DNA of 64,000 nucleotides from Utricularia gibba (taxonomy: Eukaryota > Plantae > Magnoliophyta): NCBI GenBank assembly GCA_002189035.1, contig NEEC01000007.1, positions 2,108,001-2,172,000 of the forward strand, in the 5' to 3' direction. Positions 29,615 through 41,930 of this stretch are shown piece after piece (the first letter of the stretch is position 1; each line of letters begins with the position of its first letter). Below the pieces are notes generated by a model. That model did no database searches. It was not told the origin of the DNA and was given only the letters and a program-made list of their open reading frames with translations. Position numbers and translations under genes: made by a program.

Positions 29615-31003
29615 TCATCTAGTGATGTGGGCGATGAAGGAATCCATTTCAAGCTGAGAAGCACCGCCTGGCTGAGTTGCATTTTTAACAGCAACTGCCA
29701 ATTCTTGTGCCCTTTTCCTTAGCTCCCTGCCTTCTTCTGTTATCATTAGTCTTCTTACAGCATTTTCAATTGTGGATGCTTTCACTGTATCCTTCCTCTG
29801 ACTCCAGTCCCTTACAACTACACCCATTTTCAGCACCTCTGTAATGAGAAGAGTGTTTGTTGGTTGGTCAGAGTGCATTGGCCAGGCAGCTATGGGGACA
29901 CCCATTGCAATGCTCTCTATGCAAGAGTTCCATCCACAGTGACTCATGAAACCACCTACAGAAGGATGGTTCAGAATTTCTGGTTGTGGTGCCCAATCTC
30001 TGAACACTAATCCAGCACCTTTGATCCGTTCTTCAAATAACTCTGGTACTTGATTTTTCGACGCCGTGACGATGGTGTCTGGTTTATCAGCATCTCTCAG
30101 TACCCAGAGGAACTTCACCTTGCTCTGTTCCAATCCAAATGCCAATTCATGTATCTGTTCATTTGAGAAGGAAGAGGTTGTTCCAAAGGAAACATATATC
30201 ACAGAGTTTGGTTCCTGGCTGTCAAGCCACTGAAAGCATTTTTGCTGACTCTGTTGCATGCTTTCTGGTGAAAATGAGAAGAGTTTAGAGACCATAGGCC
30301 CTATTGCCCAACTTTTCCTGTTCCCATATGTTTTCCTTTCTAAGAATTCCAGGTAAGGGCCTTCTATCAGTCTGCTATTATTGTGGATATCACCCTCTCT
30401 GATGGCTGAATTCTTCAGGATGGCCGGAAAAAGACTAGCAAACTGCTCTTGAAGGCATCCATCATAATAAGGAATGTTGGGAAAATCTTCCGGAGGAGGC
30501 TCTTGACGGAAGGCATAGCTGATAACACACTGATAAGAGGCAGAGACACAACGGAAGACATAAGATACAGCATTTTCAGTAGAGGCAACATCTTTGACCA
30601 CTTCAGACATCAGGTTATCATGAACAACGATAACTCTTCGATACTTGTGAGACATCTCTTGGAGATATTCAGCAAAGGGTTGGCGTAGAATCGACATCGC
30701 ACACACCACTTGATAAAGCCAGGGAATGATGTGGTTGGCAAGATCCAAATCTGAGTCGAAGGGTGGAATAGGAGGCATCATCATGTCATGGAAATGGATC
30801 CTCGCCATGTCTTGAGCTCGGACTCCATTTGCACGGGACTTCACTTGATGGTTGTGGATGTCCGGGGCGACGAAGTAGACGGGTAGATTGTATGAAGAAA
30901 CTAGGCATGAAAACTGCAACAGCTGATTCAGGTGGCCTTGCGCAGGCAATGGAACCACGAGTACAGCAACATGAGAGCTGCTACCATCATGAGAGCTTCC
31001 CAT
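29615..31003 (-). CDS. UDP-glucosyltransferase #2, group O / zeatin O-glucosyltransferase-like, intronless
   Basis: 462 aa from MGSSHDG; PLPAQGHLNQLL and PSPG box WAPQPEIL...HCGWNSCIES...WPMHSDQ; tandem paralogue of 26992-28362. Confidence 0.92.
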   Translation of the reverse strand: MGSSHDGSSSHVAVLVVPLPAQGHLNQLLQFSCLVSSYNLPVYFVAPDIHNHQVKSRANGVRAQDMARIHFHDMMMPPIPPFDSDLDLANHIIPWLYQVVCAMSILRQPFAEYLQEMSHKYRRVIVVHDNLMSEVVKDVASTENAVSYVFRCVSASYQCVISYAFRQEPPPEDFPNIPYYDGCLQEQFASLFPAILKNSAIREGDIHNNSRLIEGPYLEFLERKTYGNRKSWAIGPMVSKLFSFSPESMQQSQQKCFQWLDSQEPNSVIYVSFGTTSSFSNEQIHELAFGLEQSKVKFLWVLRDADKPDTIVTASKNQVPELFEERIKGAGLVFRDWAPQPEILNHPSVGGFMSHCGWNSCIESIAMGVPIAAWPMHSDQPTNTLLITEVLKMGVVVRDWSQRKDTVKASTIENAVRRLMITEEGRELRKRAQELAVAVKNATQPGGASQLEMDSFIAHITR

Positions 31004-31767
31004 ATTGGCCCTGTGTTCCTGGAAGGAGATCAGAGAAAGTAGGAAAATATACAGAAACCAGACAAGGAAGAATGCAGCAATATTAACAATCGCAAGTTGC
31101 CTAATAAACAAGTAAACTAACCTATCAAAGTAGCACCATCCGGTAGCTTTCTTATGCTTGTACATCAAAGTGGACCTATGCACGAATGACGCTGGTGATA
31201 TAATAACTTCCCTTGGATTTCAATGATGCTAGTCAAATTGAAATCCAATTCTTTAATGTCCCTATCCATAGGTGTGAGAAAAAGTTGACAAAAAAACAAA
31301 AAAAAAAATCAGTCATTGTTCACTGTAAAAACTACTCCTTTGAAGCCTCTTGATTTTTGAAAGTGGAACCAATGGACAAGATAAGGTTTCTAAATAACTA
31401 TGTGCAATAATCCAAAGGCCTTCTGGCAATTCAATCTCTCAAGAGTTGACAATAATCAGATTAGACATACAAAACACACGCACAACCTGAATTTGCAGCA
31501 CACAAAGTGCTCTACTTCTTGGGATACACATGCTGATCTTTTAATCAACAAATACCAAATGATGGAAAGATGAGACGGACATGAAGAACCCAATCCAACC
31601 AAATCAATGAATGAGAGGCGTGCATAACTTCCTCTATGAATGAAAACTCATTCGAAAAGCGACCTCTCTTAATCACCAAACTCATCATTTAAGATGGACC
31701 ATGGTGAGGCAATAATTATATCAGGACATTTAGGCAGACCCTTGAAACCAGCTTTGTGAAGTAATGT

Positions 31768-32705
31768 CTAGAATAGGTCCACTTTCCTTTTAAGCACGTC
31801 TTACTTCCACTTTGGCATTCCCAGAAAGATTATGAATTCTTCATCCGATTGATAAACCCGAGTTTAAAAATAAAAATTAGGAAGTCTATTTACATACTGT
31901 TGCAACTAATGAATGCATTGACTTAGTGACAAACTTTTCTGCGTTAAAAATCTATTCCCTTCACAGGGTTGTTGGATTTGGCCTGCAACTGTTCATATGC
32001 GAACGTACTCTGATTATGTTCCAAGCCATTTTCATCTCCATTGCTTTCTGCTTTCAATTCAAATCCTCACCATTACTTTATACAGCTGGCTCGATTGTCA
32101 GGACTTCCTTAATATCCGAGACTTCTTTGTTATCTTCAACTTCAGTTGCTACTTCACTCTTACTTGGAACTGGTACACAAAACAGTAGTTCAATGAGAGG
32201 ATTCAGAAAGGGTGTTAATACTAGGAACTGCCTTCAATGAAAATTAACAATGCAAAAGAGGAAAAAATCTCAGTAGCCACAGAATAAGTAATACCAGGAG
32301 GGCTAGCTTCTATAGGTGGACTTCTTTGCGAGTAGCCAGGAGATTCATCAGGTGTCTTGTCTTTTCGTTTTTGACAATCAAAACTGATGATAGCGCAGTC
32401 ACTGCTGCTGCTCTTTGTGACCCTTAACTTTTACCCGCAGTTCTAGGGGAAGCCGGAGCTCTTTGAGTTGGGCCTCCATTATTCGCAGCATTGGATTTTT
32501 CCTAAATTGACAATTCAATGAAGAAGCAATTTTCATACGGCTGACTGTCAGGCTATTTGATTCCTTTTACTGATAAATTTGAGAGGGAAAAGAAAAAAAC
32601 TCAAAACAACACAGAAGCCCCACTAAGTGCATGCATGCTTACCTCCACAACATGGCTGGCACCCAAAGTTTGCAAGCCCTTCTTTTGAAATGAGTTTCCA
32701 TGTGT
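31768..32705 (-). pseudogene. Villin (VLN2/3-like) pseudogene: last four coding exons, linker and headpiece
   Basis: Exon 32705-32643 THGNSFQKK...HVVE; 32501-32295 EKSN...GGPTQRA...GKS*GSQRAAAVTALSSVL, frameshift, TPDESP; 32169-31935 ...STFAYEQLQAKSNNPVKGIDF*RRK; 31857-31768 YQSDEEF...GMPKWK*DVLKRKVDLF*. At least 5 premature stops, 2 frameshifts, and the last acceptor reads GG instead of AG. Confidence 0.9.
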
Positions 32706-33346
32706 CTGTTCAAGGCAATGTTCAAAAATTTATGCACAAAGCATAGATCATCTAAGAGGATATTTCAACAAACTCTCTAAGAACCAGTAAGATCCCAGAT
32801 CTATCAAACAAGCTTAAAATTTAAGGCAGAATGAAGCAAGAAAATGGATCTAAAAACGTCACCAATGAACAAGCTCCAGTTAAGAAACCTCAAAAAAGCA
32901 TCTTTTGATCTATCTCAATCTTCCTTCTTCCAAGAGAAGCGACCCACAAGCCAACAATAAACTGTCAACAAGGATATAAGTGTAGTAGCAGCGGAACTGG
33001 CAAATGAGACTAAAGAGAAAAAGCAGAAATATCAGCATCGTATGACAGTACAAGGTCAGCGCATCAAATTCATCAACAAAATGTACATAAATTATGATGG
33101 GTTTTTTTTTTTTTTTTACTATCACAACCTTTCCAGTTCACCTTCACTACAACCTTGCAAAACCCACAAAGGAAAGATAAAGGAATATCCATTGAGAGAA
33201 GAAAGACTCCATTTTGGCCAATTATCCCACGAGTAAATCGGCAATGGTGGGGCGTTACCAAAAGGCAAAAACTATCCGTTGTCATAAATTATCTTTTTTT
33301 TTTCTTTTTTTTTTAAATTTAACAAAAAGAGTTTAGCCAATCATAC

Positions 33347-33427
33347 TGGGCTTAGGATCATTTAATGGGCTGAGCCGTTTATCAAGATGAGCTTTCTCTG
33401 CAAAGTTTAAGCCCAAATTCAGCCCAA
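33347..33427. promoter_or_regulatory. Site II cluster between the villin relic and GnT-II (possible bidirectional promoter)
   Basis: TGGGCT 33347 and 33366, AGCCCA 33410 and 33421. Confidence 0.5.
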
Positions 33428-34094
33428 TTGTGAAATTGTAAACCTAGTCAATAATGACAACATTTCAAAAAATCACTTTAAAATGGATTTTAACAGAATA
33501 AAAAATTCTAATAAAATGAAAATTGACGTATGTTTAAAAGTATTTCTGAGAATAAGTATTATAGCATTCATTAATATTTGGAGTAAAAAAAATAAAAATA
33601 ATTTTTATAAAAAAATTACATATTTACTCATAATCATTTAAGTAGAATAAATTTACTCATATTGAAAAAAACACTAACTAGAATAATTTTTTTTTAAAAA
33701 AATATAACTCTAACTAGAATAATTATTTGTAATTCTGTATTAATAAATATGCATAATAGTAAATTTATTTCTTAAAATCAATTCTGAAAAAATAATTCTA
33801 TAAAAAAAACTACACATCCAAGCTTCTTTGACAATTAAATTGATTCTCAAAAATCAATTCTAATCAATGATATGTTTGAAAGGTGGAGAATTGATAAAAT
33901 AGAAGTGATTTCCAAATCAATCCCAATGTTGACTGCCACTGTGATGTACCAGCCGATTACCGAAGTCTAGAAGTAGCCCGAATGGGATTGCCGTGAATCT
34001 TCGTTCGCTCACTCGAATTCGCAGTTGATTGTTGACTGTCCTTTGATGATGTATCGGGTATCAGCTGAAGCCTGACTGGCGAGCTTCATTGTCA

Positions 34095-35387
34095 ATGGCG
34101 GCTTTCCACCGAAAGCCACGGATGAAAGATTTGAGTGCCTGGCGATCGATTTTAGTTGTATCGCTAGGGATTTTGTTTCTGCTGCTGCTGTTGAGGGAAA
34201 ATAGCTTTCTTCGTTTGACTAAGAGGTATGCCTCTGAGGCGATTGAAGGTGAAGATGCTGATTTCCCTGGGAACGTCTCTTCCTTGACTAACCAGAATCT
34301 GAAGCTTTTCAAGAAGAATAGGTTATCAGCTTCCCTGGACCGGAGGAATAGATTGCCACCTAGGAATTTAGATTTATATCCGAGTTTGCCCCAGAACAAT
34401 ATTGTCATTGTGCTGTATGTTCATAATCGGCCTCAGTATCTGAAGGTAACTGTTGACAGTCTTTCTCAAGTCAAGGGGATTGAAAAAACCTTGCTGATTG
34501 TTAGTCATGATGGTTTCTATGATTCGATGAATAAGATTGTTGAGAGTATCAAGTTCTGCAGAGTTAAGCAAATATTTTCCCCTTATTCTCCTCATCTCTA
34601 TCCTGATAGTTTTCCGGGAGTTTCTAAGAATGATTGCAGGGATAAAGAAGACCCTGCTGTTAAAAGATGCCATGGTACCCCTGATCAATATGGTAACCAC
34701 CGTTCCCCAAATATTGTGTCTTTAAAGCATCATTGGTGGTGGATGATGAATACTGTTTGGGATGGCTTGGAGGAGACCAAGTATCATTTCGGCCACATTG
34801 TCTTCATAGAAGAGGACCATTTTATTTACCCCAACGCATATGGGAATTTGCAGTTACTTGTAGAAATGAAACTGGAGAAATGTCCACAGTGCTATGCAGT
34901 AAACCTTGCACCAAGTGATGTGAAGTCTAGGGGAGAGGGGTGGAACTTATTGATAGCTGAAAAAATAGGAAATGTGGGATATTCGTTTAACAGGACTGTG
35001 TGGCGAAAGATACACAGTAAGGCTAGGGAATTCTGCTCTTTTGATGACTATAACTGGGATATAACTATGTGGTCAACTGTATTTCCTTCATTTGGGGGTC
35101 CTGTATACTCCCTCCGTGGCCCAAGATCAAGTGCTCTTCACTTTGGGAGATGTGGATTGCATCAAGGACAGGATAAGAATTCTGCACCCTGCATCGATGA
35201 TGGTGAGTTCCATATCCAAGTGGACGACATTGATAAGGTTCCAAACATCAAACGTGATTGGAGTGTTACCGTATTCGAGCATCAATCTGGTTACAAGGCC
35301 GGGTTTCGAGGGTGGGGAGGATGGGGAGATACAAGAGATCGCCAACTATGTTTGGATTTCAGCCGTTTGTATGCTTCTCAGGCATAA
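34095..35387 (+). CDS. GNT2: Alpha-1,6-mannosyl-glycoprotein 2-beta-N-acetylglucosaminyltransferase (GnT-II), intronless CDS
   Basis: 430 aa type II membrane protein; YVHNRPQYL, LLIVSHDG, SLKHHWWWMMNTVW, FIEEDH, FDDYNWD, GWGDTRDRQLC. Confidence 0.93.
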   Translation: MAAFHRKPRMKDLSAWRSILVVSLGILFLLLLLRENSFLRLTKRYASEAIEGEDADFPGNVSSLTNQNLKLFKKNRLSASLDRRNRLPPRNLDLYPSLPQNNIVIVLYVHNRPQYLKVTVDSLSQVKGIEKTLLIVSHDGFYDSMNKIVESIKFCRVKQIFSPYSPHLYPDSFPGVSKNDCRDKEDPAVKRCHGTPDQYGNHRSPNIVSLKHHWWWMMNTVWDGLEETKYHFGHIVFIEEDHFIYPNAYGNLQLLVEMKLEKCPQCYAVNLAPSDVKSRGEGWNLLIAEKIGNVGYSFNRTVWRKIHSKAREFCSFDDYNWDITMWSTVFPSFGGPVYSLRGPRSSALHFGRCGLHQGQDKNSAPCIDDGEFHIQVDDIDKVPNIKRDWSVTVFEHQSGYKAGFRGWGGWGDTRDRQLCLDFSRLYASQA

Positions 35388-35661
35388 TCAGCTCCTTTAC
35401 ATTCTTGAGATTGCAGGATCTTATAATCTTTTTGATGCGAGTCTAGTGTACTTCTTTACTGATTTCCACTTTGCAGATAGAAAGCAGGATTTTCATTGTA
35501 CTTGTGAACTTGTGATTTTGCCTTCATGTATTATTATATACTTTAAAGCCAATGAACTCAATCTTTTGTATTTGCCTGGTCACTCTTTTACACAATAATA
35601 CATTGTAGCTAACGTGTTAATTCGGATGTAAATGTTAATTGTAGCATGTTAGAATGTTTCA

Positions 35662-35754
35662 CACCAAATGTCATGTCAAACTAGTTGATTTCAATCCGTG
35701 TATAATAAGTGAAGTGTGTTGTGGTCTTCATATCACCAAATGTCATGTCAAACT
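35662..35754 (+). repeat. 21-nt exact direct repeat downstream of GnT-II
   Basis: CACCAAATGTCATGTCAAACT at 35662-35682 and 35734-35754. Confidence 0.9.
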
Positions 35755-36577
35755 CTTGAGTTAGCCGTCAGTGGTAATCTATCACGCATGTGTAGGTGGA
35801 GTTAGCCGACGAAAGGTTGATCAACTTCTGATTAAGAGAGTTGTTTGAAGGGCAGTTGGAGATACTGTTAAACCGACTTTCTTTTCCTTTCCTTTTCTTG
35901 GCTTTTGTGGAAGACTTTTCAGGGCTCTGGATCTTACTCTGTGGATCGGGTGTTGTGGTAACAGTTGAATCTTTTTCTTTTAGGGTTGAGAGGACTATGA
36001 AGTTCTGTTGATTAATGGGCTTTCATCTCAAATTCTCTTTGATGGTTGTCATTTCCATCGCCTGATCTGTTCTTTGTATGCAAAAGAGGAGTATATTTCT
36101 CTTGGTATTGTTCGCTTAAGCTCTCTGCTAAATTTTATATCTCAGTGAAGAGTTTTTTCTTTTTTCTAATGCTGACCCTTTGTTTCTTCCCTTTCAAATC
36201 ATATTTTGCTGCTGCCTGCCTCTCTGTGATTCCACTTTCACTATTATCAGTAATACTTCGTTGCGTATGCTTTGGATTTCAACTCACGGCCTCTTCTGCA
36301 TTTTTGCACATCACAATCCAAAACAGGGCACAGAGTTCAGATTTTGTCTGAGAATCATCTCTTCAGTTGAAACATGTTCAATACATAAATCAGACTGAAT
36401 AACTAATCCAGAGGAGGTATCCGCATCCTGGAGACTCGTTGGAGTTAGTAAGCTGCTGTCATGTAATATGTATCTCGACATCGGCAGACTCAAATCCAGA
36501 TATCAAATTCAATGCTTGAGATGGTCTTGACTATTATCACGTATGTACCTACAAGTCTAGCTACTCCATCCTGGTCT

Positions 36578-38786
36578 TCATAGCTCTGTCTTCAGACGAT
36601 TCGAGTGCTGAGAAGCTGGCCGCAACAGTGATTGGTGAAAGGTGAGTTCCAAAGATGAAAAGTGCAGCAGATGGAGTTTGGTTTACCTGAATTCGCTGGT
36701 GAGCCATAACTTAAAAGTGAGTTCTCTGGAGTTGAGAAGTTGGGGTTGGACAGGTCTTCTTCTTTACCCAAGGAAAGGTGATGATGATGAGCATCCAGGT
36801 TCCATGGTTGCTGATACTGATGTCTGCTCATTTTCATGGGGTTTTCGAGCCAGGCTTCTGGAGGAAACAATCCGGAATGGCTATTGTCGATAGATGATGT
36901 TCCAATCTGGAGGAGCACAGAATCATAAACAAACAAAGAGGTCCACAACTGAACATCAGAAATCACTCTAAAAGATGCTGACTTGGTGCAGCCCAGTAGA
37001 CATACACATGGAGGAACTAACCTCGGCGCCAAGCAGGCAGTCCAGGTTGAAATCAATTCCCGGGTCTACAGCAGCAAGTGTCATGGATAAGAACTGCATA
37101 TGAGCACTCGAAAACTCAAATTCAGGTTTTCCATTGGATCATCAGGATCACAGATAACAAGTTCTACTAAAGCCATATGTTGTGGAATACCCAATGCAGA
37201 ACAAATGCATTCATTCCCAAGTTCACAGCAAACAAGCCAAAGCTGAGAGCATACCTCCACTTGACGCTGGAGGGCCTGTACATGATTTATTATCTCATCC
37301 AGCACAAGTGCAGTACCTGAAATCTGTATTACAGGGAACAACATCAGACTCCACATTTTGAAAATGCATTCTTTTGTAAACTTTAAGAATAAGGCTACTT
37401 ACTTCCAATATCTGTGGGTGTAGCATATAAGAAGAAAATCACCAGAGAAAAAAAAAAGGAAGACTTTTTAACCACCCAAAGGACAAGCGACAGACATTCA
37501 AAAGGTGAAGACGTGTGAAGAAGGGCTATGAGGGAGAGAGACAGCTCAAGCTTTTCTAGTGGTAAAAAGCAAACAGCTTTTTCACGCTCCATCACAATTA
37601 AGAAAAAGTTGACATGGAATATAATCCTTCCAATAACTACACATACCATTTCAATTAATCCCATCTTGTTGTTAATCTTCACAAGTTAACAAAACCATAA
37701 ATGATGGCAGATATTGACACACACAGGCCCAACTTCTAACAAGATAACTAAATCAAAGAAGGGTTTCAGGCTCTTGTTTCCATACCTAATCCTCAACCTT
37801 ATTTCCATAAGAGCTACAAGATAAAGACTGGCTCTACTGGTTCTCTGTAATGTTTCTATCTCTTATCTTTATTGCTCAGAATGGGTTAAGATTAATTGCA
37901 AGCAACAAACCTTATCTCTACCCTGAGTTAAAAGACGAAATAAATAATAATAAACATATGGAAGACGAGATGATAAGTCTCAAAAGTGATAGCGTCTGAC
38001 AGCTGACCTTGTTGCATCCTGGGACCAGCTCCTGTAATAGCTTCATCCGAGCATTGATTTTCTCTCTCCTTGCCTGCATACAGAGAGATCTGTGAAACCA
38101 CAACTCTGATGGAGACGATGATGATGATGATGATAAACGAAATCGAAGAGGTTAATTGAGTGAAGTTAGTTATAGGGAGGAGTTATACTCTCTCTGCTAA
38201 GCTATGGCTATCGGTGGCTTGCCCACGTCGAGCTCTAACATGAACATATGGCAGCTTCTCACCATGCTCATCAATGGCATCATCTTTTCTGATTCTTTTG
38301 TTAGCTTCCTTCACCTGGGGAATTCGGGAAGTCATTGAATTGTGATGATGAATTTGGAAAATCATGAGTAAGAGAGCTTTGATTTACCTCCTTCTCTCCG
38401 TGCTTTCGTTTGCTCAGATTTGAAGAAGAATTCTGATGGAAATTGGAGCCCAGGGGCTCCTGTTTCACCATTTCCGAGCTTAAACCCGACAAACCCGCGG
38501 TGTTTTCCAGAGAATCATCCGCAGAAGCGGATACAGAGAACTTAGAAGCACGGTCGCTGAGAGAAGCGGCGCATGGAAAGAATGGCGGCTGAGTAGGCTT
38601 ATCGCTTAAATCCTCCTTAACTAAAAGCTCCACCGCTTGCGGAGGAGGAAGCTCGAGGAGCGCCGTGAAAGAACTACTACCCTGTTTCAACGGCCGACCG
38701 GCGGCAATTAGGCCGTGAATCTCCTCCAGCCCAAACCCCATTTCCAGTCCTCCTCCTCCTCCAAACTCATCAACCCCCGGTTCCAT
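36578..38786 (-). CDS. bHLH transcription factor, bHLH48/bHLH60-like
   Basis: 7 exons: 38786-38388, 38314-38189, 38073-38008, 37323-37255, 37093-37022, 36906-36687, 36615-36578. Motifs [46 protein letters not shown]-terminal [12 protein letters not shown]. Confidence 0.92.
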
Positions 38787-40668
38787 AATTCCACAAAAAC
38801 GTCAGCTTGGCCACTTCGACAGACGCTAAACACGCATTCCAGAATTAGAAGCAGCGGAGTCGGAGAAAAAGCAGGGCGGGGGCGGGGGGTTCCCTTCCTT
38901 CCCGCTCCAATGGCAGTCAAAAGCAGCAGAGTTGGTTGTCAATAATACTCTGAGAGTTGGGGGTTTGCAGAGCCCACAAATGGAGTTCCCAGTTTCCACT
39001 AGTTGCTGATATCAGAATTCAGAGCAAAACACTGACAGTACAAGGAGAGCGACATTTGCTCTTCGGTCCCAACTCTATCGCCATCAATAATTCTTTGACA
39101 ACATCCCCTCTCATCTCATTCAATTATCTCTTCCTCCCCCAAAACTCTCCTCTCCATCAGATCCAGCAACTGCATCACCCCTTCCCTTCCTCACCACCAA
39201 ACAGAAAAACATATAGTTTAATGTCAAATTTACTTAAAATCAATTTTAAATCAAATAGATTGATTTAATTTAAAATTGAGTACCAAACATTCATATTAAA
39301 TAAAAGTTGAATATTTTACTAAAGTTTAGAAAAAAGTATATATTATTTTTTATCATATTTAAAATGAGATGAAATCATTAAATCTCCAATTGTACTTTAA
39401 ATTCCCACTCACACACCAAACAATCCATTTTTTTCAACTACTTTAACAACTCATTCTTTCTTTATACAATCTTATCATTTTAGATATATAATCTTTAGGA
39501 TTTTATATTCTATTCTTTTAAATAAAAATAATTATACAAGATTAGAAATATCCTTCTATTTAAATATGTTACCTTTTTCATCTATAACTAATATGATATA
39601 TTATTACCAAACTTCTTACCTTTTATTCTCCCCTTTGTAGACACTCAACATCTTTGTTGAATGTACTTTTATCCTATTATTGACACGAGTTTGAGTTTGG
39701 TTCTAATATCAAATATAATGATTCATTTCGGATATTCAAGCCTCACAATTTTATGTTTCATTTTTTTAAAAAAGTAATCATACAATATTTGGAGTGAATT
39801 TATATTTAATCATATTTATTATAACATTTTAAACTAATGTGGTCTATAGTTACTGACCCCTAATCTTGCAATTAAACCCGAAATCTTAAATACTAAACTA
39901 TCGTGGCTTGTTTTTTTAGTAAGGAAAAATGTTTTTTTTATTTGAATATTGAAGTTGAAAGATGACTAGATGATCGACATGGATCGTACAAAATGGTCCT
40001 CAAAGGGGTGGGGGACTTAGAAGACCCCATGGCCTTACGACTACGATGCTTCACTCCCACTGCAACACTTCACAGCTCAGCCATCAAAAGCCCATTATGA
40101 AAATGGCCCACTTCCTTTTTCCTCGAATGCCGATTCTGCCCCTCCTGCCACCTGGGCCTCCCCTCATCATTTTATTTATCGATACAGCCCCTGCACCCGC
40201 CAATCAGATACCCACACGTGTGCAGACTCCACAACCCCGGCCCCGGCCCCCCACCCAAAAAAACAAAATCTTTAATCATTTTTTTGTTTCTTTTCGAATG
40301 AAAAGGAAAACATGCCGAGGACTGAATGAGTGGCAGCCCACTCCCTGGGACCATCTGCTTCTGGCCCAATGGACCACGTGCCTCTGGCCCAACTGACAAA
40401 ATAGAATAAGGAATCGTCAAAATAGTCAGTCAGCATGTATTTTTGACTTTGTAAAAAAAAAATATTCTCATTTACATCATCATAGTAGCGGTTGAAATTA
40501 AAGATCTCATAGAGTGATCACACTCAAGTTCATAATAAATATGCATTACAATAGAAAAAAATTCGAATATTATTAATATTGATCTACAATCTTTTATATA
40601 TTTTATCATATCACGTTAATTTTTTAATGTGAGATTATTTTTACTCTAATAATAGCCACCCTTTTTTT

Positions 40669-40671
<3 letters not shown>

Positions 40672-40701
<30 letters not shown>
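40672..40701. repeat. (AT)n microsatellite, about 15 units
   Basis: Read directly from the sequence. Confidence 0.9.
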
Positions 40702-40704
<3 letters not shown>

Positions 40705-41930
40705 TTCAATTAATGTTCTGGAATTATATTATAGCTTATGGTTATGAATGAAAATCAAATATTTCATTAATCAATATCCTCATTTTTCAATCCAATTTTA
40801 ACAGTTAAAATTGCAATTTAATGATTAGGAAATAAATTTAATTTTTCTAACTATAACACTGAGAACGCGCTGCTGTACTCTTGGTGTTTTAGATGAAGTT
40901 TCAAAAGAAATATTATATAATAAAAAAAGATAATGATTAATGACCTGGCGCCAAGCTCACTATTACAGGAGTGAATCCGTTGGGCTTCACCATTTTGGGC
41001 TTTCAATTGAGCCGACAGTTACCCATATATGATCCAATTTGACTATAAAATTTCTTAATCTTGAAAAATTATTTAATAATTGTGTAATTAAATAATTATC
41101 ATACATAAATTCAGAATCAATTATTATGTTTAGTAAGTTGTAAAGATTCAATTTATATTTTATTAATAAAATAATTTCTAAATAAAGGAAACTCCCAAAT
41201 GATGCGTTGTTTTTTGGTTTGTTTTTTTCATCATTTTTAATATTAAAATTTACTAAAGGTATCTATACTCGAGATTAAAAAAATGGACGGAATGTATGCA
41301 TTATTGGCATGTTCCTTCGGGTTGGTTTTATTCACAAATCAAGTTCCGATGTTGGGGGGTAGTTCGGGTATTTCACAAATAAATCCAACGGAAGAGTCTC
41401 ATGTGAAATGCCACGTTGTCGTTACTCTTTGATAACAATAAATTGGAGGAGGTTGGTTTTATTGAATTTGTCCTGTCGAGATTCAGTCCATTGACCAAAA
41501 TAGCCCTGTTTTTTTAAAAATAGATTCTCTGAAAAAGCAGACCACAAAGCACTATTTCCCTGACAAGGCCACCCACATGTCTGTTTTACTGCCCACGTTT
41601 TTCGATGCAGTTTTTAAATTTTTAACAGCATTTATTGCTTAATTTCTTTAATTATAAAATTAAAAAAATACAAAAAATGAAATTTTCGAATTTCTCAATT
41701 GAATTAATTACCATGCAATATTTTTATTTTGAGGTTTGAGGTATAAATATTGGTAATTAATTTACAAGTTTAAAAAATGGGGATAAATTGGAGCACCCCA
41801 CTTTCTCTGTGGCTTTGCATTCAAAAACTCTTGTCTTTCTGGTTAGAACGAAATCTAGCAAAGATTTTGCTTTGATCCCGTCTCGTCTACACGCAAAAAG
41901 ATTGAATCTTTGCTGAGGAAAAAGGAGAAA

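Noticed and set aside
31004-31183. 60-aa hydrophobic N-terminal extension of UGT #2 in the ORF track
   Set aside because: It is the translation of a pyrimidine-rich intron end. Similar track extensions on UGT #1, MCTP, PGIP, RLK and GnT-II start at non-ATG or poorly placed codons.
24992-35387. Glycosylation gene cluster (nucleotide-sugar transporter, two UGTs, GnT-II)
   Set aside because: Different compartments and pathways (Golgi wall or N-glycan work versus cytosolic small-molecule glucosylation); no evidence of co-regulation in the sequence.
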